Source: Callorhinchus milii (lineage: Eukaryota). Taken from it: a stretch of DNA of 64,000 nt. The notes under the pieces are model-generated. The model was not told where the DNA came from. It searched no databases and worked only from the letters and a program-made list of their open reading frames with translations. The translations under genes and the position numbers were made by a program. The stretch spans positions 85,872,001 through 85,936,000 of the forward strand of contig NW_024704742.1 of NCBI RefSeq assembly GCF_018977255.1, read 5' to 3'. The stretch's first letter is position 1. Every line of letters begins with the position of its first letter. Positions 63,160 through 64,000 of the stretch are shown piece after piece.

Positions 63160-63195
63160 ATTTTCTGATAATGGAGTTGGATTGACCTTTGCTAG
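63160..63195 (+). CDS. CEMIP2: CEMIP2 coding exon 13 (36-bp mini-exon)
   Basis: atttttcag|...AG|gtaaga; FSDNGVGLTFAS, phase-consistent with both neighbours. Confidence 0.92.
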
Positions 63196-63923
63196 GTAAG
63201 AGTAGAGTTATTTATTAAGGATTATTATCTTTCATTATTAATCCAAATGAATGGAGGCAATTTTTAATACAGTAACTTTTTTTAAAGCTACAGGACAATT
63301 AAATCTTTCACTGCCATTGATTTGTACAGTCATAAGTTGTTATAACTCGGTAGTTTGAGCTTTGCAAAATCAGACTCCGTGTTATAGCGAGTCACATTAT
63401 ACTGTATCCACTGACATCACCAAATCATCGGAAGCGTATTGCACTGTATTTCTCATATAATGCAGGCCTCTGGTATGGCAACGTTATGTACAGACCTGGT
63501 GTAACAGGGTCTGACTGTCAGAAGAAGGGGAACAGGATGTTCTTCCCTTCTTTTCCTGATTTTTTTAAAAACTTAATTTTAGCCTCTAGTGGGTACCTCA
63601 CCCAAGGGCCGTTGTTAATACTTGAGCTTTGACAGTGCTTATAGGCTATTTTATTTGACCACCATCACAGACGAGTGCGGTCCAGTCCGATCCTCGCCTG
63701 GCTCACATCTTTGGGGAAATGGGGTGGGGGGGTGGGGGTCTCTGGACACTGATCAACAGTGGGTACTCTGGTTGATTTTGCACTTCCCTAATCCCGGGGA
63801 TATGAGGCCAGTTGTTCCCTCAAATGCTGCGGGATTTGAGGGAACTCGCAGCATTTGAGGGAACTCACAGCATTTACAAATAAAAATCTGCTGATTTCTA
63901 ATGAGTATCTGTTCCTCCATCAG

Positions 63924-64000
63924 TGACGGAAGCTTCCCGAAGGATGATGGCTCCACCCAGGAAATCTCTGAATCCCTGTTTGTTGGGGAGAGCAAGAACC
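63924..64000 (+). CDS. CEMIP2: CEMIP2 coding exon 14 (truncated by window end)
   Basis: gttcctccatcag|; DGSFPKDDGSTQEISESLFVGESKN... Confidence 0.93.

Noticed and set aside
45829..64000. CEMIP (KIAA1199) instead of CEMIP2
   Set aside because: The long cytoplasmic N-terminus, TM helix and TMEM2-type peptides (YVPGKVVP, DPREYLCLDNSARFRPHQDA) indicate CEMIP2; CEMIP has a signal peptide.
1..64000. CRISPR array, operon, rRNA, snoRNA or miRNA gene
   Set aside because: No regularly spaced repeat-spacer array, prokaryotic gene organisation or recognisable RNA gene; small ncRNAs cannot be excluded without an Rfam/Infernal scan.

Overview
Eukaryotic (vertebrate) genomic DNA. It is most likely a cartilaginous fish, inferred from abundant Deu-type SINEs, L2 and CR1 LINEs and short introns; the species cannot be fixed from sequence alone. 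Two genes lie in tandem on the + strand. The first is the 3' end of ABHD17B (last two coding exons, 17315-17494 and 19853-20072, plus a ~2.6-kb TE-free 3'UTR). The second is the 5' part of CEMIP2/TMEM2: 14 coding exons from ATG 45829 to the window end, all GT-AG, splicing into one open frame of ~839 codons. The rest is intron or intergenic DNA rich in CR1, L2, tRNA-derived SINEs, hAT/MITE relics and one solo LTR. No prokaryotic-type system is present. The most unusual signal is a dense set of short (27-140 bp) segments copied from 0.1-1 kb away, in inverted or direct orientation, mostly ~90-96% identical to their source. Several demonstrably interrupt older repeats. One is a 60-bp copy of CEMIP2 coding exon 4 that now sits between AG and GT as a candidate poison exon. 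Repeat boundaries are approximate and identities were counted by eye.
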